Part shown: in pieces, positions 1 to 10,634 of the stretch
Position numbering within the stretch: position 1 is the first letter of the stretch
How the letters are laid out: each line of letters starts with the position of its first letter
Assembly (NCBI GenBank): GCA_965279035.1
Contig: OZ257142.1
Coordinates: 3,040,001 to 3,104,000 of the forward strand
Length of the DNA: 64,000 nt
Origin: Bacteroidia bacterium
GTDB lineage: Bacteria; Bacteroidota; Bacteroidia; M30B66
Direction of reading: 5' to 3'
Translations under genes and position numbers: made by a program
The notes under the pieces: generated by a model
Told to the model about the DNA's origin: nothing
Databases searched by the model: none
The model's input: the letters and a program-made list of their open reading frames with translations, nothing else

Positions 1-729
1 GTCGGTTACAATGAGTTGTCTTGCAGCTAAGTTATCATTTTCATTACTCAAAATATCTTGTGCAAAAATGGTATAACCAACTAAAGTAGCACGATATGTA
101 GTTCCTCTTTTCACATTACGCAATACCCATCTATTGGTCGTATCAACCTCATAAGGAGGGAATTCTTTAGCTGGAACTTTTGTCCAAACAATGGGTTTCA
201 TTTGTCCTTTTATGAAAGGATTTTTTTTACCAATGCATACCAATGGGAAAAAATAATTGGGACATAATTTTTTCCGAATTGCTGAAGGGATTTCAAATCC
301 AATTTGATAATCATAGGCTTGATGTGGATATTCATCATCGGAACGATAATCATTCAATTTGGCTATTACTTTCAACGATTTAACAGAGAAAGAGGCACTC
401 AAATGACTCTCGTAATTATAGATAAAAACACTATCAGTAGGAGTAATATGTGTCCCTTCTAAAAAGCGTTTACGATAAATCGAATCAAGATAAAAATGTT
501 TTGATTGAACTGTATCCAACAATTCCATGGAAGGTATAGCAGCAGAATCGGGTGATTCGCTCGGGAAATACACATCCGACATCGAAATAAATCCAACCGT
601 TTGCTTCGCTGTTTTTTCGTAGGGAATTAAATAAAAGACATTTAAATCTTGCGCAATAACATTGCTTTCTGATAAAAAGAAAACTAAAAATAAAAATAAA
701 ACAAGCAGATTTCGATATTTTAAAAACAT
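1..729 (-). CDS. Hypothetical secreted protein (partial, runs off the window)
   Basis: Manual translation from ATG at 729: MFLKYRNLLVLFLFLVFFLSESNVIAQDLNVFYLIPYEK... with a signal-peptide-like N-terminus; absent from the ORF track because no stop codon lies in the window. Confidence 0.75.
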   Translation of the reverse strand, partial: MFLKYRNLLVLFLFLVFFLSESNVIAQDLNVFYLIPYEKTAKQTVGFISMSDVYFPSESPDSAAIPSMELLDTVQSKHFYLDSIYRKRFLEGTHITPTDSVFIYNYESHLSASFSVKSLKVIAKLNDYRSDDEYPHQAYDYQIGFEIPSAIRKKLCPNYFFPLVCIGKKNPFIKGQMKPIVWTKVPAKEFPPYEVDTTNRWVLRNVKRGTTYRATLVGYTIFAQDILSNENDNLAARQLIVTD

Positions 730-765
730 AGATTTGAATTGGATTCATTCAAAGGATTAAAATAA

Positions 766-1713
766 TTAATCCTTGTAATATAAAAAATAATAGGCTTCTA
801 CATTGTCCAGATAAGCCCCATCAAAACCCGCATTCAGAATTTTCTTCATATAAGAATCATCATTCCCATAAATAATTTCTTGCCAATTTTTTTTCCAAAA
901 TCTCACCCAAAACTCCCGATCATATCCTTCATATTTCCTCTTAATCAAAAGCGGATGAAGCATTCCCCAGCCTTTTTTCCAATAATATCGATCCTTTTCT
1001 GCTGCTCCAATATTAATATAGGAAATCACTAATCGACTTCCACCATTGGCTTTTGTTTTTAATTGACTGATATCTGTTGCTGACAATTCCTCATCATTAA
1101 AAAATAAATCAATTAAGATTACATCATAATTTGTAGATGAAATCGCAGATAAATATGCATCCTTCGATGTAAATTGAGTTTCATCGGGACCAATGAGATA
1201 CAAATAATTTTGCGCTTGAGATAGCTGTGTGATATTTAAATTATTCTCATTAGGAATCGTATCAGGAATCTGAACATAATCGTAGTTCTGACTCGTTCGA
1301 GTAAAGCAAATAAATGATTCAGCCGAATTTTTAGCATAAGCATCCGATATGAATGCATCATTGGTAACATATTCCGAAACCAATACTTTTTTACTTTGTT
1401 TCACTTGCTGAAGCATGGATAAACGATCAGTATCCAAAGCAGATTCACCATTATAAAATAATTCCTCTACTCCTACTCCATCAATTGCGTTCAAATAGTC
1501 CATATTCAGCCCATTTGCTGGATCTTGATCATTAAAAGCCAGCTCTATTCCATTCTGAGGTACAATAATGAAATCGGAATCAAATCCACGGGCATAGGTT
1601 GAAATTTGAATGACAAATTCCTGCATATTACCAAATGCCTTATCCGAATGCTTTTCCTTGGAACAAGAAAGAAAAATGAATAGAAAAAGAAATGATACAA
1701 AGCTGACTTTCAT
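766..1713 (-). CDS. Endo-alpha-1,4-polygalactosaminidase-like lipoprotein (GH114/TM1410-like)
   Basis: Lipobox LSC; motifs IVPQNG, YINIGAAEKDRYYW, GFDGAYLDNVEAY. Confidence 0.75.
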   Translation of the reverse strand: MKVSFVSFLFLFIFLSCSKEKHSDKAFGNMQEFVIQISTYARGFDSDFIIVPQNGIELAFNDQDPANGLNMDYLNAIDGVGVEELFYNGESALDTDRLSMLQQVKQSKKVLVSEYVTNDAFISDAYAKNSAESFICFTRTSQNYDYVQIPDTIPNENNLNITQLSQAQNYLYLIGPDETQFTSKDAYLSAISSTNYDVILIDLFFNDEELSATDISQLKTKANGGSRLVISYINIGAAEKDRYYWKKGWGMLHPLLIKRKYEGYDREFWVRFWKKNWQEIIYGNDDSYMKKILNAGFDGAYLDNVEAYYFLYYKD

Positions 1714-1773
1714 TCAAGCTATAATGGAAATACTAAGATATTAATCCGATTGAAATGAAGCGCTTTGCTAAAA

Positions 1774-3828
1774 TCAATAACGCAGCAAATCCTCCATGGC
1801 AGCTTTTACTTTTTCAATGTTGGGAATCATGGTAAATTCTAACACACTATTCAATGGAATTGCAGGTAAATTTTCTGAACCAATCACACGAACAGGTCCA
1901 TCGAGCGATTCGAAACATTGTTCTTGAATTAATCCGGAAAGACTGCGAGCAAAAGAATTACTCACCGATTCTTCGGTAACAATTAAGCATTTTTTTGTCT
2001 TACGAACGGAGTTGAAAATAGCATTTTCATCTAATGGATAAATCGTACGCAAATCAATGATTTCAACTTTATCTTTTATGCTTTTAGATGCATTCAATGC
2101 CCAATGCACACCCATTCCATAAGTAATAACGGAGATGGTTTCATGCGTTTTTTGTTCTTCAATTTCTTGTACAATGGCTGCTTTTCCTAAAGGCAAAATA
2201 TAATCTTCAGCTGGTTCTATAGAACGTGCTTCGTCAGTACCTTTTACTTTTGACCAATACAAACCTTTATGCTCCAAAATCACGACTGGATTTGGATCGT
2301 AATAAGCTGCTTTCATCAAACCCTTTAAATCGGCACCATTGCTTGGATAAACGATTTTAATTCCACGAATATTAGCTAAGACACTTTCTACTGATGAAGA
2401 GTGATACGGTCCTCCACTTCCATAAGCACCAATTGGAACACGTAAAATCATGCTAACGGGCCATTTACCATTGGTCAAATAACACGAACGTGCTACTTCA
2501 GTAAAAAGCTGATTCAAGCCTGGCCAGATATAATCCGCGAATTGAACTTCTACTATCGGTTTTAATCCAACAGCCGACATTCCTACCGTAGAACCAACGA
2601 TAAAGGCTTCCTGAATGGGTGTATTGAAAACGCGTTCATCACCAAATTTCTGTGCCAGTGTTGCAGCTTCGCGGAACACACCACCTAAGCGTGCGCCAAC
2701 ATCTTGTCCGTATAATAAGCATTCAGGATGCTTACGCATGAGTTCTTCAACCGCAAAAAGGGCACAATCCACCATGAGAATTTTATCATCTCGTTGTGGA
2801 GTTCTATTTCCGGTTTCTTCGATTATGGTTGTTGGAGCGAAATCGTGGGTAAATAAATCTTCAGGTCGAGGATCTTCCGCTAGGATTGCCCGATTGTAAT
2901 CCAATTGTACTTTTTCTTGTGCCGATTTTTCCAGAGCGTCAATTTCAGATTGAGCAAATCCAGCCTCGATGAGTTGTTTAATAAGCACTGGATAAGGATC
3001 TCGAGAACGAGCTTCATTTAGATCATCGCGATACCATTCCATGCGCACACCCGAAGTGTGGTGATTGAGCAATGGCACTTTTGCATGAACTAAAAAGGGA
3101 CGACGTTCGGTGCGAATCGTATGTATTACTTTCGATAAAGCCTCATAACATTCGCTAAAATTAGCTCCATCAATCGAAATGGCTTCTATTCCATTAAAAC
3201 CTTTGATATAATCGAATGCACTTTGAGCTCGGGTTTCTTTCGCATTGGCAGAAATATCCCAGCCATTGTCTTGCACCAAATACAATATAGGCAATTGCTT
3301 CAAAGCAGCCATTTGAAAGGCTTCTGCGACTTCTCCTTCGGTAACAGATGCATCACCTAAGGAACACACCACCAAGGGTAAATCGGTGATGGATGGATCG
3401 TTTAATGCGACATTTTCTTTGTACCAAAATCCCATGGCAGTTCCAGTAGCAGGAATGGCTTGCATACCAGTAGCAGAAGATTGATGAGGGATTTTAGGTT
3501 TATCAACATCACGCAAACTTGGGTGACAGTAATAAGTTCTCCCACCGGAAAATGGATCATCTCGTTTGGCCATCAATTGCAACATCAAATCATAAGGCTG
3601 CATACCAATACCAAGCAACATGGAATCATCACGGTAATAAGGAAATGCGTAATCTTGAGGCAATAACTGTAGGGCGGTGGCAAGTTGAATTGCTTCATGA
3701 CCTCGCGAGGTAGCATGTACATATTTCGAAACCACTTTGAAATTGGATTCATACAATTCCGTCATGGCTTTGGCTGATGCCATTAGATAAAAAGCCTTTT
3801 CGAGGATGTTCCTTGGAATACCTTGCAT
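1774..3828 (-). CDS. 2-oxoacid dehydrogenase E1, fused alpha/beta subunits
   Basis: TPP motif GDASVTEG...DN; beta-subunit motifs GQDVG, FNTPIQE, EVQFADY, GPYHS. Confidence 0.92.
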   Translation of the reverse strand: MQGIPRNILEKAFYLMASAKAMTELYESNFKVVSKYVHATSRGHEAIQLATALQLLPQDYAFPYYRDDSMLLGIGMQPYDLMLQLMAKRDDPFSGGRTYYCHPSLRDVDKPKIPHQSSATGMQAIPATGTAMGFWYKENVALNDPSITDLPLVVCSLGDASVTEGEVAEAFQMAALKQLPILYLVQDNGWDISANAKETRAQSAFDYIKGFNGIEAISIDGANFSECYEALSKVIHTIRTERRPFLVHAKVPLLNHHTSGVRMEWYRDDLNEARSRDPYPVLIKQLIEAGFAQSEIDALEKSAQEKVQLDYNRAILAEDPRPEDLFTHDFAPTTIIEETGNRTPQRDDKILMVDCALFAVEELMRKHPECLLYGQDVGARLGGVFREAATLAQKFGDERVFNTPIQEAFIVGSTVGMSAVGLKPIVEVQFADYIWPGLNQLFTEVARSCYLTNGKWPVSMILRVPIGAYGSGGPYHSSSVESVLANIRGIKIVYPSNGADLKGLMKAAYYDPNPVVILEHKGLYWSKVKGTDEARSIEPAEDYILPLGKAAIVQEIEEQKTHETISVITYGMGVHWALNASKSIKDKVEIIDLRTIYPLDENAIFNSVRKTKKCLIVTEESVSNSFARSLSGLIQEQCFESLDGPVRVIGSENLPAIPLNSVLEFTMIPNIEKVKAAMEDLLRY

Positions 3829-4187
3829 AGAGGGCGCGAAGATAACAAATTCGTTATGATTGAATTCTGGAGATAGAAGGGCAAAATGTATTTTATACTA
3901 ATCTATTAAAATTCTTTTTGCTTAACACACTAAGCAATTTGAATAATTTAGTTATATAATATTGTTATTCAATTGTTTACATCATTCAATATTGATAGTC
4001 CTTATGAATTCATACAATTTTTACACCCTATTTTAGGTTTATAAATTTCCAAACTCAAGATCAATCTATCAAAAAAGACCTTCGCAACTATCTGTTTTTC
4101 TGTATATTGTATCAAATAATTGCAGTTTGCTTAATATATTAAGCATTTTATTCATATGTTGCTATCTTTGGTGATTATAAATTCAAA

Positions 4188-5390
4188 ATGGCACAAATAG
4201 ATTCTCTTTTAGAACGAAATGCTCGAAAGCTAAATCAAACCGAATTGGTTCATATTCGTTATTTAATGGATGAAATCGACTGGAATCAGCGTCTTATAGG
4301 ATTAAAAGGCGCTAGAGGTGTAGGCAAAACCACTTTGTTGTTACAACGACTAAAATTGCTCAATCTTCCAGCAAATAAAGCGTTATATGTGAGTTGCGAC
4401 TCAATATGGTTTAGTCAGAATAGCTTAGTTGAGTTGGCAGAAACCTTTGCACGCGAAGGAGGATTATACTTGTTTATGGATGAAGTACATAAATACCCGA
4501 ATTGGGCTCAGGAACTCAAAAACGTGTATGATGATCTTCCTGAATTACATGTTGTTTTTACAGGTTCTTCATTACTCGAAATCCTTAATGCTCGAGCCGA
4601 TTTAAGTCGACGTGCGATTGTATATGATATGCAGGGATTATCATTAAGAGAGTTTATAAATTTCGAAACAGACCAAGCACTCCCAATTATAACAATCAAT
4701 AATTTACAAGAAAACCATGAGGAAAGGGCTAAAGAAGTGTGCGAAAAGCTACGCCCATTGGAGTATTTCCGAGATTATTTACAATATGGATATTATCCAT
4801 TTTACAGAGAATCCATCAATTTGTATCCATCCAAAGTGGAGGAAATTATCAGTATGATTCTCTATATAGAATTGCCATTGCTTCGAAAATTGGATGTATC
4901 GTACATTCCTAAAATGAAGCAATTACTTCATGTTATAGCCGAATCTGCTCCTTTTGTTCCGAATGTATCTAAGCTCAGTGAACGAATTGGTATTAATCGG
5001 AACACATTCATCTCCTACCTCTTTTACCTTAATGAAGCCGGATTAACTCGGAACCTTTATAAAGACATTAAAGGAGTATCTCGTTTGCAAAAACCCGATA
5101 AAATATACCTAGACAATCCCAATCTACACTTCATTTTAACTGGTCAAAAACCCAATATCGGTCATGTTCGCGAATGCTTTTTCCTCAATCAATTGCAATA
5201 TAATCACACAGTAGAATACATTCAAGATGGTGATTTTAGTGCTGATGGAAAATTCCATTTCGAACTTGGAGGGAAACAGAAAACCGGGAAACAACTAAAA
5301 GGGGCTAACGACTCTTGGATTGTTTCTGATAGTATAGAAATTGGAAGTGGATCTCGTATTCCACTTTGGATGTTTGGGTTTCTTTATTGA
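4188..5390 (+). CDS. AAA+ ATPase (AAA_14 / DUF4143 type)
   Basis: Walker A GARGVGKT, Walker B FMDEVH, TGSS, C-terminal ECFF/FELGGK; TATCTTTG promoter box upstream. Confidence 0.85.
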   Translation: MAQIDSLLERNARKLNQTELVHIRYLMDEIDWNQRLIGLKGARGVGKTTLLLQRLKLLNLPANKALYVSCDSIWFSQNSLVELAETFAREGGLYLFMDEVHKYPNWAQELKNVYDDLPELHVVFTGSSLLEILNARADLSRRAIVYDMQGLSLREFINFETDQALPIITINNLQENHEERAKEVCEKLRPLEYFRDYLQYGYYPFYRESINLYPSKVEEIISMILYIELPLLRKLDVSYIPKMKQLLHVIAESAPFVPNVSKLSERIGINRNTFISYLFYLNEAGLTRNLYKDIKGVSRLQKPDKIYLDNPNLHFILTGQKPNIGHVRECFFLNQLQYNHTVEYIQDGDFSADGKFHFELGGKQKTGKQLKGANDSWIVSDSIEIGSGSRIPLWMFGFLY

Positions 5391-6448
5391 ACAATCGACA
5401 CAGGAATTGTCCAACCAAATGGATCGGGTTCTTCCTGTGTTTTGATTTTATTCAATGTGTCGTTAATCATCGTAGCTACAGGATTTTCTGGCGGCAGTTT
5501 TATGAAGAGGTTTTTGTATCCAATTTCATCTATCATAGCAATTCCAACCGCAGTTCCAGTTCCAAATGCTTCTTCTAAAGCATCCGATTCACTTGCCTCA
5601 AGAATTTCCTTCATCGAAATTACTTTTTCATAAACTTCATAGCCTTTATAACGTAACAAATCAATCACACATCGTCGCGTTATTCCAGCTAATACAGAAC
5701 CATCTAAAGCAGGCGTAATAAAAACACCATTGATCTTAAAAAAGATATTCATCGTTCCTACTTCCATGATGTTTTCGAAATTCGTTGCATCAAGCCATAA
5801 GACTTGATCATAGCCATTGGCTTTAGCTATTTCCGTTGGACGAATTGCAGCTCCATAATTTCCAGCAGCTTTTGCCTCGCCTGTTCCACCATTAGCAGCT
5901 CGAATAAATTTCGTTTCAGCATATAAACGTATTCTCCGATTGAAATAAGGACCAGCAGGTGTTGCGAAAATGATGAACTTATAACTCGTTGCAGCACGCA
6001 TCCCTGTATAGGATTCGTCGGCAAACATAAATGGACGCAGGTATAATGCACTCCCTTCGGTTTTTGGAATCCAGTTATGTTCCAATGCAACCAATGCTTT
6101 CAATCCTTCAACAAAAAGCGTTTCAGGGAAATGTGGCATCGACATCCGATCAGCACTAAAATTCAATCGCTTTGCATTGTCGTAAGGCCGAAATAAAATA
6201 GGAGTATTATTCTTTCCCCAAGTTACTTTCATCCCTTCAAAAATAGCCTGCCCATAATGCAATGCCATTGCTGATGGATGCATTGGAATGGAAGCCATCG
6301 GTTCAATGCGTGGATTTTGCCAAACTCCTTCTCTGTAATCGCACACAAACATGTGATCGGTAAAACAAATTCCCATTGGAATATGATCGATATCGGTTTC
6401 TCCGATTTTCGAATGTGAGGTGCGTGTGATGGTGATTTCGTAACTCAT
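5384..6448 (-). CDS. ilvE: Branched-chain/aromatic amino acid aminotransferase (class IV)
   Basis: LHYGQAIFEGMK, AKAAGNY (PLP lysine), EVGTMN, LAGITR. Confidence 0.9.
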   Translation of the reverse strand: MSYEITITRTSHSKIGETDIDHIPMGICFTDHMFVCDYREGVWQNPRIEPMASIPMHPSAMALHYGQAIFEGMKVTWGKNNTPILFRPYDNAKRLNFSADRMSMPHFPETLFVEGLKALVALEHNWIPKTEGSALYLRPFMFADESYTGMRAATSYKFIIFATPAGPYFNRRIRLYAETKFIRAANGGTGEAKAAGNYGAAIRPTEIAKANGYDQVLWLDATNFENIMEVGTMNIFFKINGVFITPALDGSVLAGITRRCVIDLLRYKGYEVYEKVISMKEILEASESDALEEAFGTGTAVGIAMIDEIGYKNLFIKLPPENPVATMINDTLNKIKTQEEPDPFGWTIPVSIVQ

Positions 6449-6462
6449 GATGGTTTGTTTGG

Positions 6463-7722
6463 CTAAATAGCCGTTTGAATATCAAATTGTTCTAAGTAAT
6501 CCCCTACCCGACGTAAAAATGAGCCTCCTAAATATCCGTCAACAGCACGGTGATCAAAGGAAAGCGATAAAAACATCATGCTTCGGATAGCTACTTCTTC
6601 TTTGCCTTGTGTTAGAATAACTTCAGCGCGTCTTTTTATAACCCCAAAGGCTAAAATGGCTACTTCGGGTTGATTGATGATGGGCGTTCCCATTAAACTT
6701 CCAAAAGTCCCCACATTGGAAATAGTAAATGTGCTGCCTTGCACATCGTCAGGGTGTAATTGATTATTCCGAGCATTGTCGGCTAATGCATTTACTTTCT
6801 CTGCTAGTTGAGACAAGTTTTTTCCAGCTGCATTTCGAACTACAGGAACAATTAGGTTTCCACTTGGTAAAGCTGTTGCCATACCAATGTGTATGTCTTT
6901 ATGCACAATGATCTTGTTTTCATCTACAGATGCATTGATCATTGGAAAATCAACAATAGCACGCGTTACAGCATCTACAAAAAGTGGAGTAAAGGTGAGT
7001 TTTTGTCCATATTTCTGTTGGAAATCATCCTTCACCCGATTTCGCCAATCACTCAGATTTGTCACATCAATTTCGATGTAGGCAGTTACATGTGGTGAAG
7101 TATGTTTTGAATACACCATGTGATCGGCAATCATCTTACGCATCCGATCCATTTCAATCACTTGATCATATCCTTCGACAAAGGAAATAACAGGCTTCGG
7201 ATAGGTTGAAATCGTTGTTTGGGATGAATGACGTTTGGAAGGTTCAAGTCGATTTTTTAGGTAGGTAAAAAGATCGCTTTTTTGAATTCTTCCTTGATGA
7301 CCAGAGCCTATAACATGTTGCAATTCCTCTAGTGTAATTCCCTCTTTTATTACAATACTTCGTAATAGAGGAGAAAGGAAACCTAGTGGCTGAATATTAC
7401 CAGCTTGGGCTCTAGGCTTCTCGGTTTGATAAGTTAATTCAGGTGATGTAGTTTCTTCTATTTCTTGAACGATAGCCGAATCGTCAGCTTCTATTATTGC
7501 TAGAATAGATCCAACAGGAACTACATCTCCTTGTTTAAAATAGATTTCTTGAATAATTCCTGCAAATGGAACAGAAACATCACTATCCACTTTATCAGTT
7601 CCTACTTCGAGTAAAATTTCTTCAGCAGCAATGAAATCACCTTCATTTTTCAGCCATTTCAAGATGGTTGCTTCGGTGATACTTTCGCCCATTCGGGGCA
7701 ATTTAAATTCGATTTTAGGCAT
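6463..7722 (-). CDS. Dihydrolipoamide acyltransferase E2
   Basis: Lipoyl motif EVGTDKV, E3-binding GSGHQGRI, catalytic DHRAVDG; start placed at MPKIEF. Confidence 0.92.
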   Translation of the reverse strand: MPKIEFKLPRMGESITEATILKWLKNEGDFIAAEEILLEVGTDKVDSDVSVPFAGIIQEIYFKQGDVVPVGSILAIIEADDSAIVQEIEETTSPELTYQTEKPRAQAGNIQPLGFLSPLLRSIVIKEGITLEELQHVIGSGHQGRIQKSDLFTYLKNRLEPSKRHSSQTTISTYPKPVISFVEGYDQVIEMDRMRKMIADHMVYSKHTSPHVTAYIEIDVTNLSDWRNRVKDDFQQKYGQKLTFTPLFVDAVTRAIVDFPMINASVDENKIIVHKDIHIGMATALPSGNLIVPVVRNAAGKNLSQLAEKVNALADNARNNQLHPDDVQGSTFTISNVGTFGSLMGTPIINQPEVAILAFGVIKRRAEVILTQGKEEVAIRSMMFLSLSFDHRAVDGYLGGSFLRRVGDYLEQFDIQTAI

Positions 7723-7726
7723 TGGG

Positions 7727-8323
7727 TTATTTTTTCTTGAATTCACCTAAAGTTGGATAAACAGCTTGCTGGATAGGACGATTCTTAGGTATTTCACGCA
7801 ATGGTTCAACTTCCTTTAAAGTATCAAAACATTCCTTGGGTAATTGTTGATACAAGGCAGTTCCACGCGTTTTCCAATCAATCATTTCATCACTAACATC
7901 TTTGATTATTTGAGCAGGATTTCCAATTAACATCTTGCGAGAAGGAATCTTCATACCTGCCTTTACAAATGATAATGCTCCCACGATACATTCATCACCT
8001 AAATCCACATCATCCATAATGACAGCATTCATTCCCACTAAGCAATTAGCACCAATATTAGCTCCGTGAATAATTGCACCATGACCAATATGTGCCCCTT
8101 TTTTTAGGGTGATATCCTTTCCTGGAAACATGTGAATGGTGCAGTTTTCCTGAACATTACAACCATCTTCTATGATGATTCCGCCCCAATCGCCACGTAT
8201 AGCAGCACCAGGACCAACATACACGTCTTTTCCAATAATCACATTCCCCGAAACAGCTGCTTGTGGATGAATGAAACTACTTTCATGAATGACTGGTATG
8301 AAACCATTAAACTCGTATACCAT
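7727..8323 (-). CDS. paaY: PaaY-like hexapeptide-repeat protein (gamma-carbonic-anhydrase fold)
   Basis: IRGDWG, NVQENCTIH, HIGHGAIIHG; paa context. Confidence 0.85.
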   Translation of the reverse strand: MVYEFNGFIPVIHESSFIHPQAAVSGNVIIGKDVYVGPGAAIRGDWGGIIIEDGCNVQENCTIHMFPGKDITLKKGAHIGHGAIIHGANIGANCLVGMNAVIMDDVDLGDECIVGALSFVKAGMKIPSRKMLIGNPAQIIKDVSDEMIDWKTRGTALYQQLPKECFDTLKEVEPLREIPKNRPIQQAVYPTLGEFKKK

Positions 8324-8332
8324 AGAAGGAAT

Positions 8333-9085
8333 TTATTTGAACTTCTGAAGGGTTGTTTTGGTGAAGTCAGATAACACGAGACGCCCACTAATGGTAGCGC
8401 GATCGGCCAAAAGTTGATCCCAATCATCCGTACCACGCCAGAAAATCTGCTTCATTTCCTTCATTGCCTCTGGATTATAAGAACATAAGTGTTTAGCAAA
8501 AGCTTCAATGACAGAATCCATTTCTTCAATGCTTTCGAAGACTTGAGCATACAATCCTTTTTGCATTGCCCATGTTGCATCGTAGAATGTATTAGCATCA
8601 ATGGCAATTTGCGACATAGCAGAAACACCCATCTTACGCTCAATGGCAGGACTAACCACAAAAGGACCAATGCCTACGTTGAGTTCGCTTAGTTTGATTG
8701 AAGCATACTTTGTAGCAAAACAATAATCAGTTGAAGCAGCTAAACCAACTCCACCACCAACTGTTTTGCCTTGCACGCGACCTAAAATAAATTTCGGGCA
8801 TTTACGCATGGCGTTAATCACGTTAGCAAATCCAGAAAAGAAGATTTTACCTGTTTCTGCATCGTTTATAGTGATGAGTTCTTTAAAACTCGCTCCAGCA
8901 CAAAACGTACGATCTCCTCCACTTTTAAGGATAATCACTTTTACTTCATCTAGTTTACCGACTTGCGTAATCGTATCAGCTAGTTGAGCTAGGATGGTTC
9001 CAGGAAGCGAGTTTTGATCGGGGTGAAAAAAGGTGATGCTTGCAATTCCTTCAGCAAGCGTGTGCTGAACATAGGCTTCGTTCAT
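8333..9085 (-). CDS. Enoyl-CoA hydratase/isomerase (probable PaaF role)
   Basis: FCAGA, GGGVGL, LSELNVGI crotonase motifs; start at MNEAYV; own TATTTTTG box at 9110-9117. Confidence 0.85.
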   Translation of the reverse strand: MNEAYVQHTLAEGIASITFFHPDQNSLPGTILAQLADTITQVGKLDEVKVIILKSGGDRTFCAGASFKELITINDAETGKIFFSGFANVINAMRKCPKFILGRVQGKTVGGGVGLAASTDYCFATKYASIKLSELNVGIGPFVVSPAIERKMGVSAMSQIAIDANTFYDATWAMQKGLYAQVFESIEEMDSVIEAFAKHLCSYNPEAMKEMKQIFWRGTDDWDQLLADRATISGRLVLSDFTKTTLQKFK

Positions 9086-9318
9086 AGAAGTTAGGCATTG
9101 GGTACGATACAAAAATAACAAATTAGATGTTTTAGTAAACGCGTTTTTTGCCAAATATTATTTCGCCCAAATTGCCCAACAAGGCAAATTTCGAATGCAG
9201 TAAAATATTTTTCAATACTTTATTTGGCAATCAATTGTCGTTATATGTTAGTCCCTAAACTATATATGGATAACGAACTGATTCCTTTTTAGTTAAAAAA
9301 TTTTTGTGTCCAATTAGA

Positions 9319-9864
9319 TTAATGATTCCAATCTGCTTTCGATATTCTAAAAATTTGAACTGGTAATCCTCTGAATAAAGTTTTCTTTTCGAGTTTCATC
9401 CCATTTTTCACAGCCACTTTAGCTGAACATACATTATCCATATGAATGGTAGATATTAAGGATTCAGCTAAATTATTTTCAAAAGCAAAATCTCGACACT
9501 TTTTTGCAGCTTCAATGGCATACCCTTGATTTCGATGATTGGGCATTAAAGAATAGCCTACTTCTACCTCTTGAATTTCATCTATTGTTTGAATTAAAAG
9601 CCCGCATTGACCGACAAACTGATTATTTTGTTTTAAAATGAGTGCATTCATTCCTCCTAGATTATTCTCATAGCGATTATAAACACGATCAAACCAGATT
9701 TGACATTTTTCTTGAGGAGAAAGCTCTTGATTAATTCCAATATATTTCAATGATTCATAATCGGAACAAAATTCCATCCATTCAGGAAAATAGGAATCAT
9801 CTACTTTACGATAAGATAATCGTTCTGATTCCTCACCAAAAAGCAATAAATTAGCATGTTTCAT
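9319..9864 (-). CDS. GNAT N-acetyltransferase (RimJ/RimL type)
   Basis: EVGYSL...RNQGYA, NVCSAKVAVKNGM. Confidence 0.85.
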   Translation of the reverse strand: MKHANLLLFGEESERLSYRKVDDSYFPEWMEFCSDYESLKYIGINQELSPQEKCQIWFDRVYNRYENNLGGMNALILKQNNQFVGQCGLLIQTIDEIQEVEVGYSLMPNHRNQGYAIEAAKKCRDFAFENNLAESLISTIHMDNVCSAKVAVKNGMKLEKKTLFRGLPVQIFRISKADWNH

Positions 9865-9963
9865 AAATTTTGAAATCTCTATTCTAATTCAAAAAATAAT
9901 TCTCGAAAAAATATCTAATATATTTAAACCAAAATTTTCTAATGAAAATAGCCTAGAAAATAA

Positions 9964-10560
9964 TTACATTTTATCAGGTGAGATTGGCTGTGGAACGATG
10001 TTTTTGACAGGTTTAATGCTCATGAAATATTGGAACATAGCATGCAAATCAGCATCAGAAAGGTTGATATAATTCATCCAAGGCATTGGAGGTAAAAGCA
10101 TTCTTCCACCATCCATTCCTTTGTATTTACCTTCTTTCAATGCCTTTCTAAATTGCTCCTCTGTCCAATTACCAATACCTGTTTCGTCGGGAGTTAAATT
10201 CGCAGCAAAAGAAACACCCCAAGGACCTGCAGCACCAGTCAAATCGGGATATAACATGGCAAAACCTTCCTTAATTAATTTACTATCAAAGGTAACAATT
10301 GGACGATCTGCAGGATATCCCGAAAGCAACAGTTCTGGTATAAGTTCAGGTCCCTTCTCGCCCATTCGTTTAGGAGAATGACAATCATTACAACCCATTA
10401 TACCTACTAAATATTCTCCTCGTTTAATAACATCTTCAGGTTTAACAGCAATACTATCATGATCGCCTTTCTTGACCTGTTCTGTATTCGTACAAGAAGA
10501 ACTGGTTAAAATTAAATAAAAGCAAAAAATGATTCCGGCTAGAATAGTTATTTTTTTCAT
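9964..10560 (-). CDS. Cytochrome c lipoprotein
   Basis: CNDCH haem motif, ANLTPDETGIG, PPMPW; N-terminal signal with Cys. Confidence 0.85.
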   Translation of the reverse strand: MKKITILAGIIFCFYLILTSSSCTNTEQVKKGDHDSIAVKPEDVIKRGEYLVGIMGCNDCHSPKRMGEKGPELIPELLLSGYPADRPIVTFDSKLIKEGFAMLYPDLTGAAGPWGVSFAANLTPDETGIGNWTEEQFRKALKEGKYKGMDGGRMLLPPMPWMNYINLSDADLHAMFQYFMSIKPVKNIVPQPISPDKM

Positions 10561-10634
10561 GGGTTGGGGAAAATTTGAATATTAAAAACTAAAATACTCA
10601 AGGATTTCAAATCGCCAAAATGTTTTTATAAATA

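Noticed and set aside
485-748. ORF-track 87-aa ORF
   Set aside because: Shadow frame of the longer signal-peptide ORF starting at 729
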